From positions 4,256,001-4,320,000 of the forward strand of contig OY970325.1 of NCBI GenBank assembly GCA_963717145.1: a DNA stretch of 64,000 nucleotides. Reading direction: 5' to 3'. The DNA is from an uncultured Armatimonadetes bacterium (GTDB taxonomy: Bacteria; Armatimonadota; UBA5829; DTJY01). The position numbers were made by a program, and so were the translations under genes. The notes beneath the pieces were generated by a model. The model made no database searches. It saw nothing but the letters and a program-made list of their open reading frames with translations, and was not told the DNA's origin. Below, one piece after another: positions 1-10,610 of the stretch; the stretch's first letter is position 1, and every line of letters starts with the position of its first letter.

Positions 1-893
1 TGCTTGTAGAGCAGCGGGAGGTAGTACTCGACTCCATCGAAGTATGCCCGGTTCTGCAGCCGCGCGATGTCGTCCTCGATCGCCGCCCGGAGTCGCACCG
101 AGGCATCGTGGTCGTCCTCGGCCTCGAATCGCTCCCACTCCAACTCCAGGAGATCCGCGAGCGCCTTCGCTCCCGACTCCGCGAGTTCGGGGCTGAGCAG
201 GATTTCGCGCGCCGGCCCGATGTCGATGGCGTCGGTATGGGCGCTCGACCGCTGGGATTCCGGGTCGAACCATCGGATGCTCTCGACCTCATCGCCGAAC
301 AACTCGATGCGGACCGGCGACTCCTCCGTCGAGGGGAAGACGTCGAGGATCCCGCCACGGATGCTGAACTCGCCCTGCCGTTCGACCATCAGCGCGCGCT
401 CGTATCCGAGTTCGACCAGCGTATGGCCCGCCTCGTCGAGATCGAGTTCCGCGTTCTTCTCGACGCGTATCCGATGAGCCGCGAGCACCTCGGGCGGGAT
501 CGTTCGCTGGAGGACCGCGCTGATCGGCGCGACGATCACTACGGGTCGGCCGTCCTGGAGGCGTGAGAGCGCCGTGATCCGCCGCCCGATGACATCGTAG
601 TCGGTGTCGCCATCCCGGTAGACCATGCCGTCCGACGGGGCGACCAGGAGCGCCTCGCCGTTCATCCCGAGGCTGCTGAGGTCGTCGTACAGGTGCTCGG
701 CCTGCTCGTAGTTGTAGGTGACGACGAGCGTCGGGCGCTTCATGGTCCGCTGGAGAGCGGCCGTGAACGCGCTCTTGGTCGCCGCTGCGAGGCCTTCGAC
801 CTGGACTGCGCCACCGCTCTCTCGCAGGGACTCCCTGATCTCCCGGAACTTCGGGAGGTCCTGTATCAGTTGCAGTATATGCTCAGATTTCAT
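1..893 (-). CDS. mfd: Transcription-repair coupling factor, N-terminal part (runs off window start)
   Basis: Manual translation from ATG 893: MKSEHILQ...LVELGYER...GEFSIRGGILDVFP...PVRIELFGDEVESIRWFDPESQRS, the UvrB-homology region of Mfd. Absent from the ORF track because there is no stop in the window. Confidence 0.92.
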   Translation of the reverse strand, partial: MKSEHILQLIQDLPKFREIRESLRESGGAVQVEGLAAATKSAFTAALQRTMKRPTLVVTYNYEQAEHLYDDLSSLGMNGEALLVAPSDGMVYRDGDTDYDVIGRRITALSRLQDGRPVVIVAPISAVLQRTIPPEVLAAHRIRVEKNAELDLDEAGHTLVELGYERALMVERQGEFSIRGGILDVFPSTEESPVRIELFGDEVESIRWFDPESQRSSAHTDAIDIGPAREILLSPELAESGAKALADLLELEWERFEAEDDHDASVRLRAAIEDDIARLQNRAYFDGVEYYLPLLYK

Positions 894-909
894 GTGTATT
901 TCGTTCAGC

Positions 910-1006
910 CTGTAGGGGCGTGCCTTGTGCCGCCTGCCGTCCCATCGGTCGTATGTGTCCTATATGTCCTATGGGACGGCAGGCGGCACAAGGCACGCCC
1001 CTACAG
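910..1006. repeat. GTAG-type REP palindrome (family A)
   Basis: ctgtaggggcgtgccttgtgccgcctgccgtcccat...atgggacggcaggcggcacaaggcacgcccctacag; second copy at 50812-50884. Confidence 0.85.
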
Positions 1007-1159
1007 TGCCTACCGCCGAACGCCGCTAAGGGCTTTGGCCCGACACCCCGGTGGTGTCCACCAAAACCCTGCCCAAGAACGTCGATTATGCTGGCCGCTC
1101 CACCCTCGAAGCCGCGCAGCGACCTTGATATTATACCAGAAGTCGGCGCTGATTGACAG

Positions 1160-1605
1160 CTACTTCGACTTCGTGAAACCAAAGAGGCCGGTGATGCCTT
1201 TCCCGATCCGCTGGAGGAAGTTGGACTCCGAGGCCTTATCGGCGATCGGCTCCTTCTTCGTATCGTCCACCACCACGGCGACCTCGCCCTCCTTGACCCA
1301 GCCGAGCTTGCGGGCTTCCGATTCCATCCCGGCGGGCGTCTGCACGTACCCGATCTGCTTGTCGAGACTCTTGTGCCGGGCTGTCTCCTGGGCGATCTGC
1401 CGGTTGATCTGCGCGATCTCACGGTTCTCAGTGTGGCCGACGAGATACGGTTTTGCGCCCTTGCCGATCACCGCGCCGACCGCGAGGAGTATCCCGGCGA
1501 TCGAGAGCACGGTGACGACCGTGTTCCTGAACCGGGCCGCCTGGACTTGCGCCGTTTCGGGCCAGCGGTCCGTCGGGGTTTGACGTGGATTACCTTTGTA
1601 GTCAT
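1160..1605 (-). CDS. Septum formation initiator (FtsB/DivIC-like), apparent 1-nt frameshift near 1533
   Basis: TM helix, coiled coil, then ESEARKLGWVKEGEV. The basic N-terminus from ATG 1605 (RBS GGAGG) is in a different frame from ORF 1160..1510. Lies downstream of eno/pyk. Confidence 0.7.
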
Positions 1606-1672
1606 GCCGATCACCTCCGGGGAGGAAGACTTTGGACCTTAGACTTCAGGGCAACAGTCCAAAGTCTAAGGT

Positions 1673-3097
1673 CTAAAGTCTATTCCCCACCACTTGCACC
1701 TTTATCAGATTCGTCCTGCCCGGGACTCCGGATGGAATCCCCGCTGTCAGGACGACCGTGTCGCCCTGCTTGACGATGCCCAGATCCTCCGCGCCCTTGA
1801 CGGCCTGCTCGATCATCTCGTCGGTGTTCGCACTTCGAGCGACGAGCACCGGGATGACTCCCCACGAGAGCGCCAGTTGCCGGTATACACTTGCCGAACT
1901 CGGCGCCGCAACTATCGGGGCGACCGGCCGGTACTGTGACACGGCGCGCGCGGTCGCTCCGGATGAAGTCGGCGTGATGATCGCTGCAGCCGACAGGTCC
2001 CATGCCAGGGAGACGCTCGCCTGAGCGATCGCGTCGGTTACCGTGTTCGCCGATAGCCGCTCCCTTTCCTGCATCATTTGGAGGTAATCCAGATTCGATT
2101 CGGTTTCGAGCAGGATCGCCCTCATCATCTGCACCGTCTCGACCGGAAACTTGCCGATCGCGGTCTCGCCGGAGAGCATCGTGGCGTCCGTGCCGTCGAA
2201 CACCGCGTTGGCGACATCGGTGACCTCGGCGCGCGTCGGACGGCGGTTGCGGATCATCGAATCGAGCATCTGGGTCGCGGTGATGACCGGCTTCCCGGCC
2301 TGGTTGCACTTCCTGATGATCGTCTTCTGTGCGATCGGCACCTTCTCGACCGGCAGTTCGACGCCGAGGTCGCCGCGCGCGACCATGATGCCGTCCACCG
2401 CCTCGATGATCGAGTCGATGTTCGCGACGCCCTCGCCCTTCTCGATCTTGGCGATCAGGCGGACCGACTTCCCCGAGTCGGCGATCAGCTTGCGGATCGG
2501 ATCGAGGTCGGCGGCGGTGCGGACGAACGATGCGGCGACCCAATCGACATCGTGCTCCAGGCCGAACTTGAGGTCTTCGATGTCCTCGTCGGTGACAGAC
2601 GGGAGGCAGATGTCCGAGCCGGGCATGTTGACGCCCTTGTGAGCGCCGAGCGGGCCGCCGATCACCACGCGAGTGACGATATCGGTGTCGGTTACGGATT
2701 CGATGTGGAACTCGAAGTCGCCGTCCGCCACGAAGATCTGCTGCCCCGGTTTCGCCTGTCGCACCAGGTCGGGGTAGGGGAGGTTGACCTCCTCGGCGGT
2801 CCCGGGGACGTCTCGAGTGGTGAAGACGAACCGTTGGCCGGTGACGACATCGACCGTGTCGGAAGCCATCGCGCCGGTCCTAAGCTTCGGGCCGGGGAGG
2901 TCCTGCAGCACTGCGATCGGCTTACCGAGCCTCGCCTCGATCTCACGGATGCACGCGATGCGTCTGCCGTGATCCTCGCGGGTGCCGTGGGAGAAATTCA
3001 GGCGTGCGACGTTCATCCCGGCTTCCGCCAGGGCGAGGAGCATCTCTTCGGATTCGGTCGCCGGACCGATTGTGCAGATGATCTTTGTTCGTCGCAT
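1673..3097 (-). CDS. pyk: Pyruvate kinase
   Basis: MRRTKIICTIGPA, ARLNFSHG, IMVARGDLGVE, ATQMLDSM, MLSGETA. Confidence 0.97.
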   Translation of the reverse strand: MRRTKIICTIGPATESEEMLLALAEAGMNVARLNFSHGTREDHGRRIACIREIEARLGKPIAVLQDLPGPKLRTGAMASDTVDVVTGQRFVFTTRDVPGTAEEVNLPYPDLVRQAKPGQQIFVADGDFEFHIESVTDTDIVTRVVIGGPLGAHKGVNMPGSDICLPSVTDEDIEDLKFGLEHDVDWVAASFVRTAADLDPIRKLIADSGKSVRLIAKIEKGEGVANIDSIIEAVDGIMVARGDLGVELPVEKVPIAQKTIIRKCNQAGKPVITATQMLDSMIRNRRPTRAEVTDVANAVFDGTDATMLSGETAIGKFPVETVQMMRAILLETESNLDYLQMMQERERLSANTVTDAIAQASVSLAWDLSAAAIITPTSSGATARAVSQYRPVAPIVAAPSSASVYRQLALSWGVIPVLVARSANTDEMIEQAVKGAEDLGIVKQGDTVVLTAGIPSGVPGRTNLIKVQVVGNRL

Positions 3098-3115
3098 GGT
3101 AAACAGAATAGACTG

Positions 3116-3360
3116 TCCCATCGGTCTCATATGTCCCATCCGTCCCATGGGACATATGAGACCGATGAGACCGCTGTTCGGGCAGGAGTTGTACTCCTGC
3201 CCGCAAGACTAGATCGGGAGTTGAACTCCCCCAGCCAGTGCTCCGGGCAGGAGTACAACTCCTGCCCGAACGGTGGGCTGCTGCCCGAACAGATAACCCA
3301 CCCACCGATCTCAGGCGACTCCGTCGCCGGCCGCCGGCGACGGAGTCGCCTGAGATCGGT
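3116..3360. repeat. Cluster of several palindromic REP-like elements between eno and pyk
   Basis: gggcaggagttgtactcctgccc and gggcaggagtacaactcctgccc (related copy at 4871-4895); ccgatctcaggcgactccgtcgcc...ggcgacggagtcgcctgagatcgg (family B). Confidence 0.8.
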
Positions 3361-3381
3361 GAGGGCTGATCTGCTTGATAC

Positions 3382-4758
<1,377 letters not shown>

Positions 4759-4982
4759 TCAGAGCGGAGAGATTGTAAACCGACGGGCGAGAGGGGACGC
4801 GGGGAGGGGGAGAGTGGGGGAGTGGGAGTATGGGAGTGCGGGAGAGGGAACGGGAGTCCGTGAGCGGAATGGGGCGGGAGTACAACTCCCGCCCCAACGT
4901 CTTACCTATTCGCTACCTGCGGTCGGCGGAGTACTATCTGCGTCTGCGGTCTTCAATTCCGCATTCCACATTCCGCATTCGG

Positions 4983-7900
4983 CTATCTCTCCACTATCCC
5001 CTCCGGGCCGGAGAGGCGGATGATCGGGGTCCGGCTCGTGCCGTCGAACTCGAAGGACGAGATGCCCGTCACGATCACCGGATCGTTCTCCGCGAGAGCG
5101 CCGATGTCGATGCCCGCCGCGATCACCTTGATCGGGCCGCCGGGCGATCCATCATTGACGAAGAACTGATTCTCGCCGGGGGATTCGACTGTGCCGGCGA
5201 CCTGTATCAGCAGGCCGATGTTGTTCAGTCCCGAGCCGAGCGTCAGGCCCGGAGTCAGCGGATTGAAGTCATCGCCTCCGAGGTTCCGCCCCGGTACGTA
5301 GAGCCCCTTGGGGACGAGGGCGGGATTCGCGGGCGACTCCACAGTCGTCACCGGTTCGAGGATCGCCCTCTCGCCCACCGCATTGACGCCCATGATCCCG
5401 CCAACGGTGACGATCGCTCCCGGCCCGGGCCCTGAGTCGAGGACCAGGATGCCGGACGATCTGTCGCCCTCCTGGATGTAGTAGCTGTTGGCAAAGCTGG
5501 CCGTGACCACCTTGCTGATCAGCCCGACTGGAGTTGTGTCGGTCAGGGCCTTCGCCGCGGCTATCGTCAGCGATTCGGCTGCGAGTTGGATGCCATCGGA
5601 GGATGCCACATCGCTCCAAGCTCCGGCCCCGTTCTTCGCCTTGGCCGAGATGTAGTACGTCGTGCCGAGGCTCAGTCCGGGCTGCGGAATGGCGATGTTC
5701 GCATCGGCATTTGCATCGGCGGATGTCCATCCGACGATATCCACTCCGCCGGACGCTGTGCCAACCGCATACTGGTACTCCGCGATGCCCGAATCGGCGT
5801 CGGTCGCGTTCCAGCTTCCGTGAAGGGTCGAACTCGATCCGGTGTACTGACCGTCGTCGTTGACCACAGGCGCATCCGGAGCCGAGGAGTCATACTTGAA
5901 CGTGAAGATCGTCTCCCACTCATCCGCGAGGTTGCCGGCGTTGTCCTTAGCGCGTACTCGTAGATAGTATGTGCCGGTGCTGACTGCTGCGGGGTCGTAT
6001 GCCGCGTCGGTCACGAACGTCTCGGAGGTCGCCGATTCATCGGATCCGAAGTAGACGAGATATCCGGCGATCCCCGACTCGGCGTCCGATGCGCCGCTCC
6101 AGGTGAAGGCAGGATCCGATACAGCGGCCTGCCATTGGTCGTCGACAGCGCCGCCGGTCTCGACAGCGGAGGTCGGGTTCAGCGGAGGTGCGGTGTCGAA
6201 CTTGAACGGTCCGAGATCGAGAGTGCCGCTTGCGACCCCCTCACCATTGAAGCCCTTTACGTGCAGGTAGAAACTCCCGGCCGATCCGAGTATGAGGTCG
6301 CCCGAATTCCAGATCGGCTCAGCGCCGGTCCAGGTGTGCGTCGGGCTGCCGTCCCATTCATACGCATATTGGGACACAGTGCCCTGTCCGAATCCACCGA
6401 CCGCCGTGAAGCTGAAGTCGGGGGTCGCATACCACACGCCTGCCGATCGGTCGCAGGAGATACTTGGAGCAGCCGCGAGAGTCCACCTCGTTGCGGCGGC
6501 GGACGACAGGCTGTTCAGCGTGCCGTTGTATGACTTGGCATATCGGGTATACGGTGTGTTCGCCGCCAGACTGCCCTCGTCGATGGACACACCTGCGCCT
6601 GTGCCGTTCGAGACGGCTGCGGAAGCCTTGATCGTCTGGGCCGCATCGAGGATCCGGAAGCCCATCTCGTTGTTCGACGTATCCGTTACGCTCCAACGAA
6701 TGCTCGATGAAGAGAGAGCGGCCGGCGTCCCCATGGTCGGGACGGTCGGCGCTGATGCGTACATCGCGCAGTCGTCGAACCAGCCCGCCTGGTTGACTCG
6801 GTAGTGATATCCGTACGCCACCATGTTGAGACCGTAGGTCTGAGTGTCGAGCGTGCGCTCCACTGTGCTTACCAGGATGTCGTCAATATAGAACTTGACC
6901 TCGTTCCCGGCGCCGGTGTACGGCTGGAAGTCAATGGTGAACTTGTGCCACCCGACGACTCTGGCCTTGCTCGCCGCGCCCGGCCAGTACCATCCCGTGC
7001 ATCCCGCGCCACAGGCCTTGTAGTAGCCTGCGCTGTACGTGCTGAACGATCCCGGCGCGGCTGAGTATGTGCCAAGATAGTAGATCGCCTTGACACCGCC
7101 GCTTCCATCGAGGCATCTCACCTGGAGACCCTGGCGGCTGTTGTTGCTGGCCGAGGAATCGTAGAACCAGCTCTCGAACTTGGCCGCACCGAATCCGGGG
7201 CTGAACGAGTGGCCGAGAAGGCATCCCTGCGTCGAGACTCCGGAGTCAACCGACCTGATCGAGCCCGCGCCGGGGAAGCCACCGGGGTGGTTCGCTCCGC
7301 CGTCCCACACCAGGGGATTCGGTCCGGACATCGGGCTCTGGACGATGGCGCTCCAGAGAGCGCCGTTAATGCTTGCGAACCCATCCTGGAAGATGGCGAC
7401 AGTCCCCGGGAGAGTCCCCGCGGACGCGGTATTCGACGCGCCGGAGACGTTATTCGCGTTGTCGTAGGCCTTGACGAAGTAACTGTAGCTCGTATTCTGG
7501 GTGAGGCCGTTGTCCTGGTAGGTAGTTGCGGTAGTCCTGCCCACCTCGGCGCTGTTGCGGTATATGATGTAGCCCGCGAGCCCTGCGCCGCCGGTGTCAG
7601 TTGAGGCCGTCCACGCCAGATTGATCTGCGAAGGCGAGATGCCGGTCGCGCTGAGTCCCGAGGGATTCGACGGCGCAGTGGCGTCGGTCGAGACGAGGTT
7701 GAAGTCCTTGGTCGTCGTCGCTCCGGCAGTAACGGCCGCCGTGCCGCTCGTCGGATCGAATCCGGCCTTCGAAACGTTGAGAGTATACGTGGCCGGATCC
7801 AGATTGTTGAACGTATAGACGCCCGAGCTGTTGGTTGTCGTTGATGGCCCGCCGGAGATCGCGACCGAGGCTCCGGAGAGTGCCTGGCTATTCGCGGCAT

Positions 7901-9425
7901 TGCGGACCGTCCCCGTGATGTTCCCTTGTGCGGCGGCGACGGTGATGGTCCAGGTGACCTCGCCTCCAAACCAGGTCACGCCTTCCTGAACCGGCCGGTA
8001 CTTCTCGACGTAGACTCCCGGAGTACTGGGCGCTTTGATTACGAAGGAGAACCGTCCGACCTGCCCGGTCGTCACGGCGCTCTGGTCAACAGCGGTCGGC
8101 CTGGTGCAGCCGATCCAGTTCCCCGACTGGAAGAACGGGCTGCAGCGGTCCTGCGGGCCCGAGGTGCCGAGATTCGTCGCGGCATGACCCCAGGTCGCCG
8201 TGCCGTCATTCACATACTCGGCCCAAACGACTGCGGTCGATCCAGCCGTCATGGACGCAGGATACGACTGCGCGTTGTAGTGAGCGGCATAGGATGGTGG
8301 AGGCGGAGCGCCCGCGACCACCTGGATGTAGTAGCCCCAGTCCCATCCACCGCCCGGATCCCAGTGAGACCCGCCGCAGTGGCAGTTATTGGCGTCATTG
8401 TGGCCCAGAATGCCCGGGGCGCAACTGCGATGCGCCTTCGGGATGCCCCATCTGTTGCACATATCGCGGGTGAGGAGCCCCGACGCATTGTAGAGGCTGG
8501 TCGGATGACTCGAGGAAGCAGCATATCCCTCGTGCTCGATGCCCAGTGAACGGCTGTTGATGCAGCCGACATGCCAGGCTCGGTAGTTCTCGTCCACGCA
8601 TTGCCAGACGCCGCCGGCTTCCGACACGACATAGTGGGCGGAAACCTGTGAGCTGCAGTTCCTGAACCACGATCTAGCGCCGGCAGCGGATCCCTCGATT
8701 GTATGGACAATAACGGTGTCTTTGGCTGTGTAATACGCGCTGTAGTTGCAGCTCGCGGCGGGGTACCAGGTGGCCCCCGAATACCCGGCCGCGGCTTTGA
8801 TCGCGGCCGGCATCAGCTTCTCGAAGTCGATCGAGCCGATGTTCTGAGCCGAGAATACGAAACTTTCCCCGGCGGCATTGGTGTAGTCAAGGCCTGCCTG
8901 GAGCTTCTGGAAGATCTCTCCCGCGAAGAACTTGCTGTTCTCCTCGTCGAGGCCGGCATACTTGATGACAGGTTCGAGCCAGGCTTCGAGCCCCTTTGCG
9001 CGATCGATCTTCATTCTTGCCGCATATGAACTGATTACGGCGGCGGCGGCCTTGATGTTGAGTGCCGGGTCGATCTGAAGAGCCTCCGTGGAGGAACTCA
9101 TCAGCGATGCCCCCGCGATGAGTGAATTGCCGCCCATCTTATTGTCACGGAGGGCCATGACTCCGTAGCCGCCCTCTATCGTCGGAGCGCCATAGCGGTT
9201 CTCGAACGCGCTGCCGAAGTAGCCGAGGGTAAGAAGGAGCGGGAGCGGGACGTTGTATTCCTTGGCCGCCGAGTCGAACACCGGCATAAGTGACGTCGTC
9301 CATGCCGTGGCTTTGGGATTCTTCATGGACGCAAAATCAGGCAATCCAGACTGATTGTCCTGTGCCGCTGCTCCTCCTATGAAGACAAACAGCAGCACCG
9401 GGATGAGTAGACGTGGAAATCTCAT
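4983..9425 (-). CDS. Secreted multidomain N-acetylmuramoyl-L-alanine amidase (Amidase_2, carboxypeptidase-regulatory-like, FN3/Ig-like, C-terminal shared domain)
   Basis: Signal peptide; IVHTIEG, SAHYVV, AWHVG, GIEHEG, HWDPG amidase motifs; FN3 repeat (APSNPSGL...YSYFVKAYDNANN). Confidence 0.85.
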   Translation of the reverse strand: MRFPRLLIPVLLFVFIGGAAAQDNQSGLPDFASMKNPKATAWTTSLMPVFDSAAKEYNVPLPLLLTLGYFGSAFENRYGAPTIEGGYGVMALRDNKMGGNSLIAGASLMSSSTEALQIDPALNIKAAAAVISSYAARMKIDRAKGLEAWLEPVIKYAGLDEENSKFFAGEIFQKLQAGLDYTNAAGESFVFSAQNIGSIDFEKLMPAAIKAAAGYSGATWYPAASCNYSAYYTAKDTVIVHTIEGSAAGARSWFRNCSSQVSAHYVVSEAGGVWQCVDENYRAWHVGCINSRSLGIEHEGYAASSSHPTSLYNASGLLTRDMCNRWGIPKAHRSCAPGILGHNDANNCHCGGSHWDPGGGWDWGYYIQVVAGAPPPPSYAAHYNAQSYPASMTAGSTAVVWAEYVNDGTATWGHAATNLGTSGPQDRCSPFFQSGNWIGCTRPTAVDQSAVTTGQVGRFSFVIKAPSTPGVYVEKYRPVQEGVTWFGGEVTWTITVAAAQGNITGTVRNAANSQALSGASVAISGGPSTTTNSSGVYTFNNLDPATYTLNVSKAGFDPTSGTAAVTAGATTTKDFNLVSTDATAPSNPSGLSATGISPSQINLAWTASTDTGGAGLAGYIIYRNSAEVGRTTATTYQDNGLTQNTSYSYFVKAYDNANNVSGASNTASAGTLPGTVAIFQDGFASINGALWSAIVQSPMSGPNPLVWDGGANHPGGFPGAGSIRSVDSGVSTQGCLLGHSFSPGFGAAKFESWFYDSSASNNSRQGLQVRCLDGSGGVKAIYYLGTYSAAPGSFSTYSAGYYKACGAGCTGWYWPGAASKARVVGWHKFTIDFQPYTGAGNEVKFYIDDILVSTVERTLDTQTYGLNMVAYGYHYRVNQAGWFDDCAMYASAPTVPTMGTPAALSSSSIRWSVTDTSNNEMGFRILDAAQTIKASAAVSNGTGAGVSIDEGSLAANTPYTRYAKSYNGTLNSLSSAAATRWTLAAAPSISCDRSAGVWYATPDFSFTAVGGFGQGTVSQYAYEWDGSPTHTWTGAEPIWNSGDLILGSAGSFYLHVKGFNGEGVASGTLDLGPFKFDTAPPLNPTSAVETGGAVDDQWQAAVSDPAFTWSGASDAESGIAGYLVYFGSDESATSETFVTDAAYDPAAVSTGTYYLRVRAKDNAGNLADEWETIFTFKYDSSAPDAPVVNDDGQYTGSSSTLHGSWNATDADSGIAEYQYAVGTASGGVDIVGWTSADANADANIAIPQPGLSLGTTYYISAKAKNGAGAWSDVASSDGIQLAAESLTIAAAKALTDTTPVGLISKVVTASFANSYYIQEGDRSSGILVLDSGPGPGAIVTVGGIMGVNAVGERAILEPVTTVESPANPALVPKGLYVPGRNLGGDDFNPLTPGLTLGSGLNNIGLLIQVAGTVESPGENQFFVNDGSPGGPIKVIAAGIDIGALAENDPVIVTGISSFEFDGTSRTPIIRLSGPEGIVER

Positions 9426-9753
9426 CAGATGTGCACCTCCCCAGGATTACGAAGCGCCGATATGTGGCAGACAAACGCAGGGTTACTTTACGTTCTATTA
9501 TACACCCATTCTGCGCCGCTGAGGTATCTCCTGTTCGGAAAAGAAAAATCAGGTATTTCTACCAGGTAGTGCATGCGATCGCCGAACTGATCTGCGGCTG
9601 TTATGAAAGCCCTTGCCTTTTCTTTACACTCCTGTTACAATTGCGACGACCTTGCGTGGGATAGCTACCCATGCAGGCAATATAGCCCTATGGGCTCCGG
9701 GCTCAGGAAACATAGGATACTGCGCCCGGCCGAGGAAGCAAGGAGGAAATCGT

Positions 9754-10436
9754 ATGAAGTCAGCTTTTCGGATTGCGCTGGTCGTGGCATTCGTGCTCAT
9801 CGTCCAGCAGATGGTGCTCGGCAGCAGCATCATTACAATGCCGACCGCGGATGTCGCCCCGCAGGGACTGGTGAATGTGGCCGCTTATGCGGTCAACTTC
9901 AATGACCTGCCCGACCCGCCCTTGGCGCCGTCAGGGATGAATGTCTTCATCGCGTACGGCGCCATCGCGAAGAACCTGGAGTTGGAAGCCAACATCTATG
10001 ATCAGAAGGATGGCTTCGACACTCTCACTTTCTTCAACCTGACCTACAAGGTGGTGGAGCAGACCGCCACAATGCCGCAGATCTCAGTCGGAATCAAGAA
10101 CGTGCTGGGCGAGGACCTCGGCAACGGCGACGTCGCACCCAACGACGACGCGACGTACTTCATCACAGCGGTAAAGGTGATCACGGGCCCGGCGCCGGCG
10201 AGCCCTTCAAGCCGGTCGTTCGACTTCATGTCGGGCTCGGCAACAACCTTCACAATGGGATCTTCGGCGGAGTCCAGGCGATGCTCACTCCTCAGATCGG
10301 CCTGGCGCTGCTGAATGACGCCGAGAGCACGCTGATCTCGGGCGCCTACAAGCCGAGTGCGAACTCGCCGACCTTCAAGGCCGGCACGCTCGGAGATCAC
10401 ACCTGGTTCGGCATCGACTACGACGTGAAATTCTGA
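9754..10436 (+). CDS. Putative outer-membrane beta-barrel protein, apparent 1-nt frameshift near 10190
   Basis: RBS AGGAGG, signal peptide, IITMPTAD. Continues in the -1 frame as VRLHVGLG...GIFGGVQ...WFGIDYDVKF* with a terminal Phe. Confidence 0.6.
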
Positions 10437-10467
10437 GGCGTCGGTCCTCAGTTGTCGGTATGAACAG

Positions 10468-10502
10468 AAGGGCCTCCGGTCACACGACCGGAGGCCCTTT
10501 TT
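10468..10502 (+). terminator. Rho-independent terminator
   Basis: aagggcctccggtc-acac-gaccggaggccctt followed by T tract. Confidence 0.85.
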
Positions 10503-10610
10503 CACGTCTGATACCCAAACAACACCACAAACTCATCTTCTTAAGGTATAATGAGCATGGCAATCCCTCGTCGGGGATGCTTTCCGAGAGAGATCAAGCA
10601 GGTGTTCCGC

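Noticed and set aside
3098-3148. N-terminal extension MGRMGHMRPMGQ on pyruvate kinase
   Set aside because: Comes from a 9-mer palindromic repeat also seen at 940-977; the conserved start is MRRTKI at 3097.
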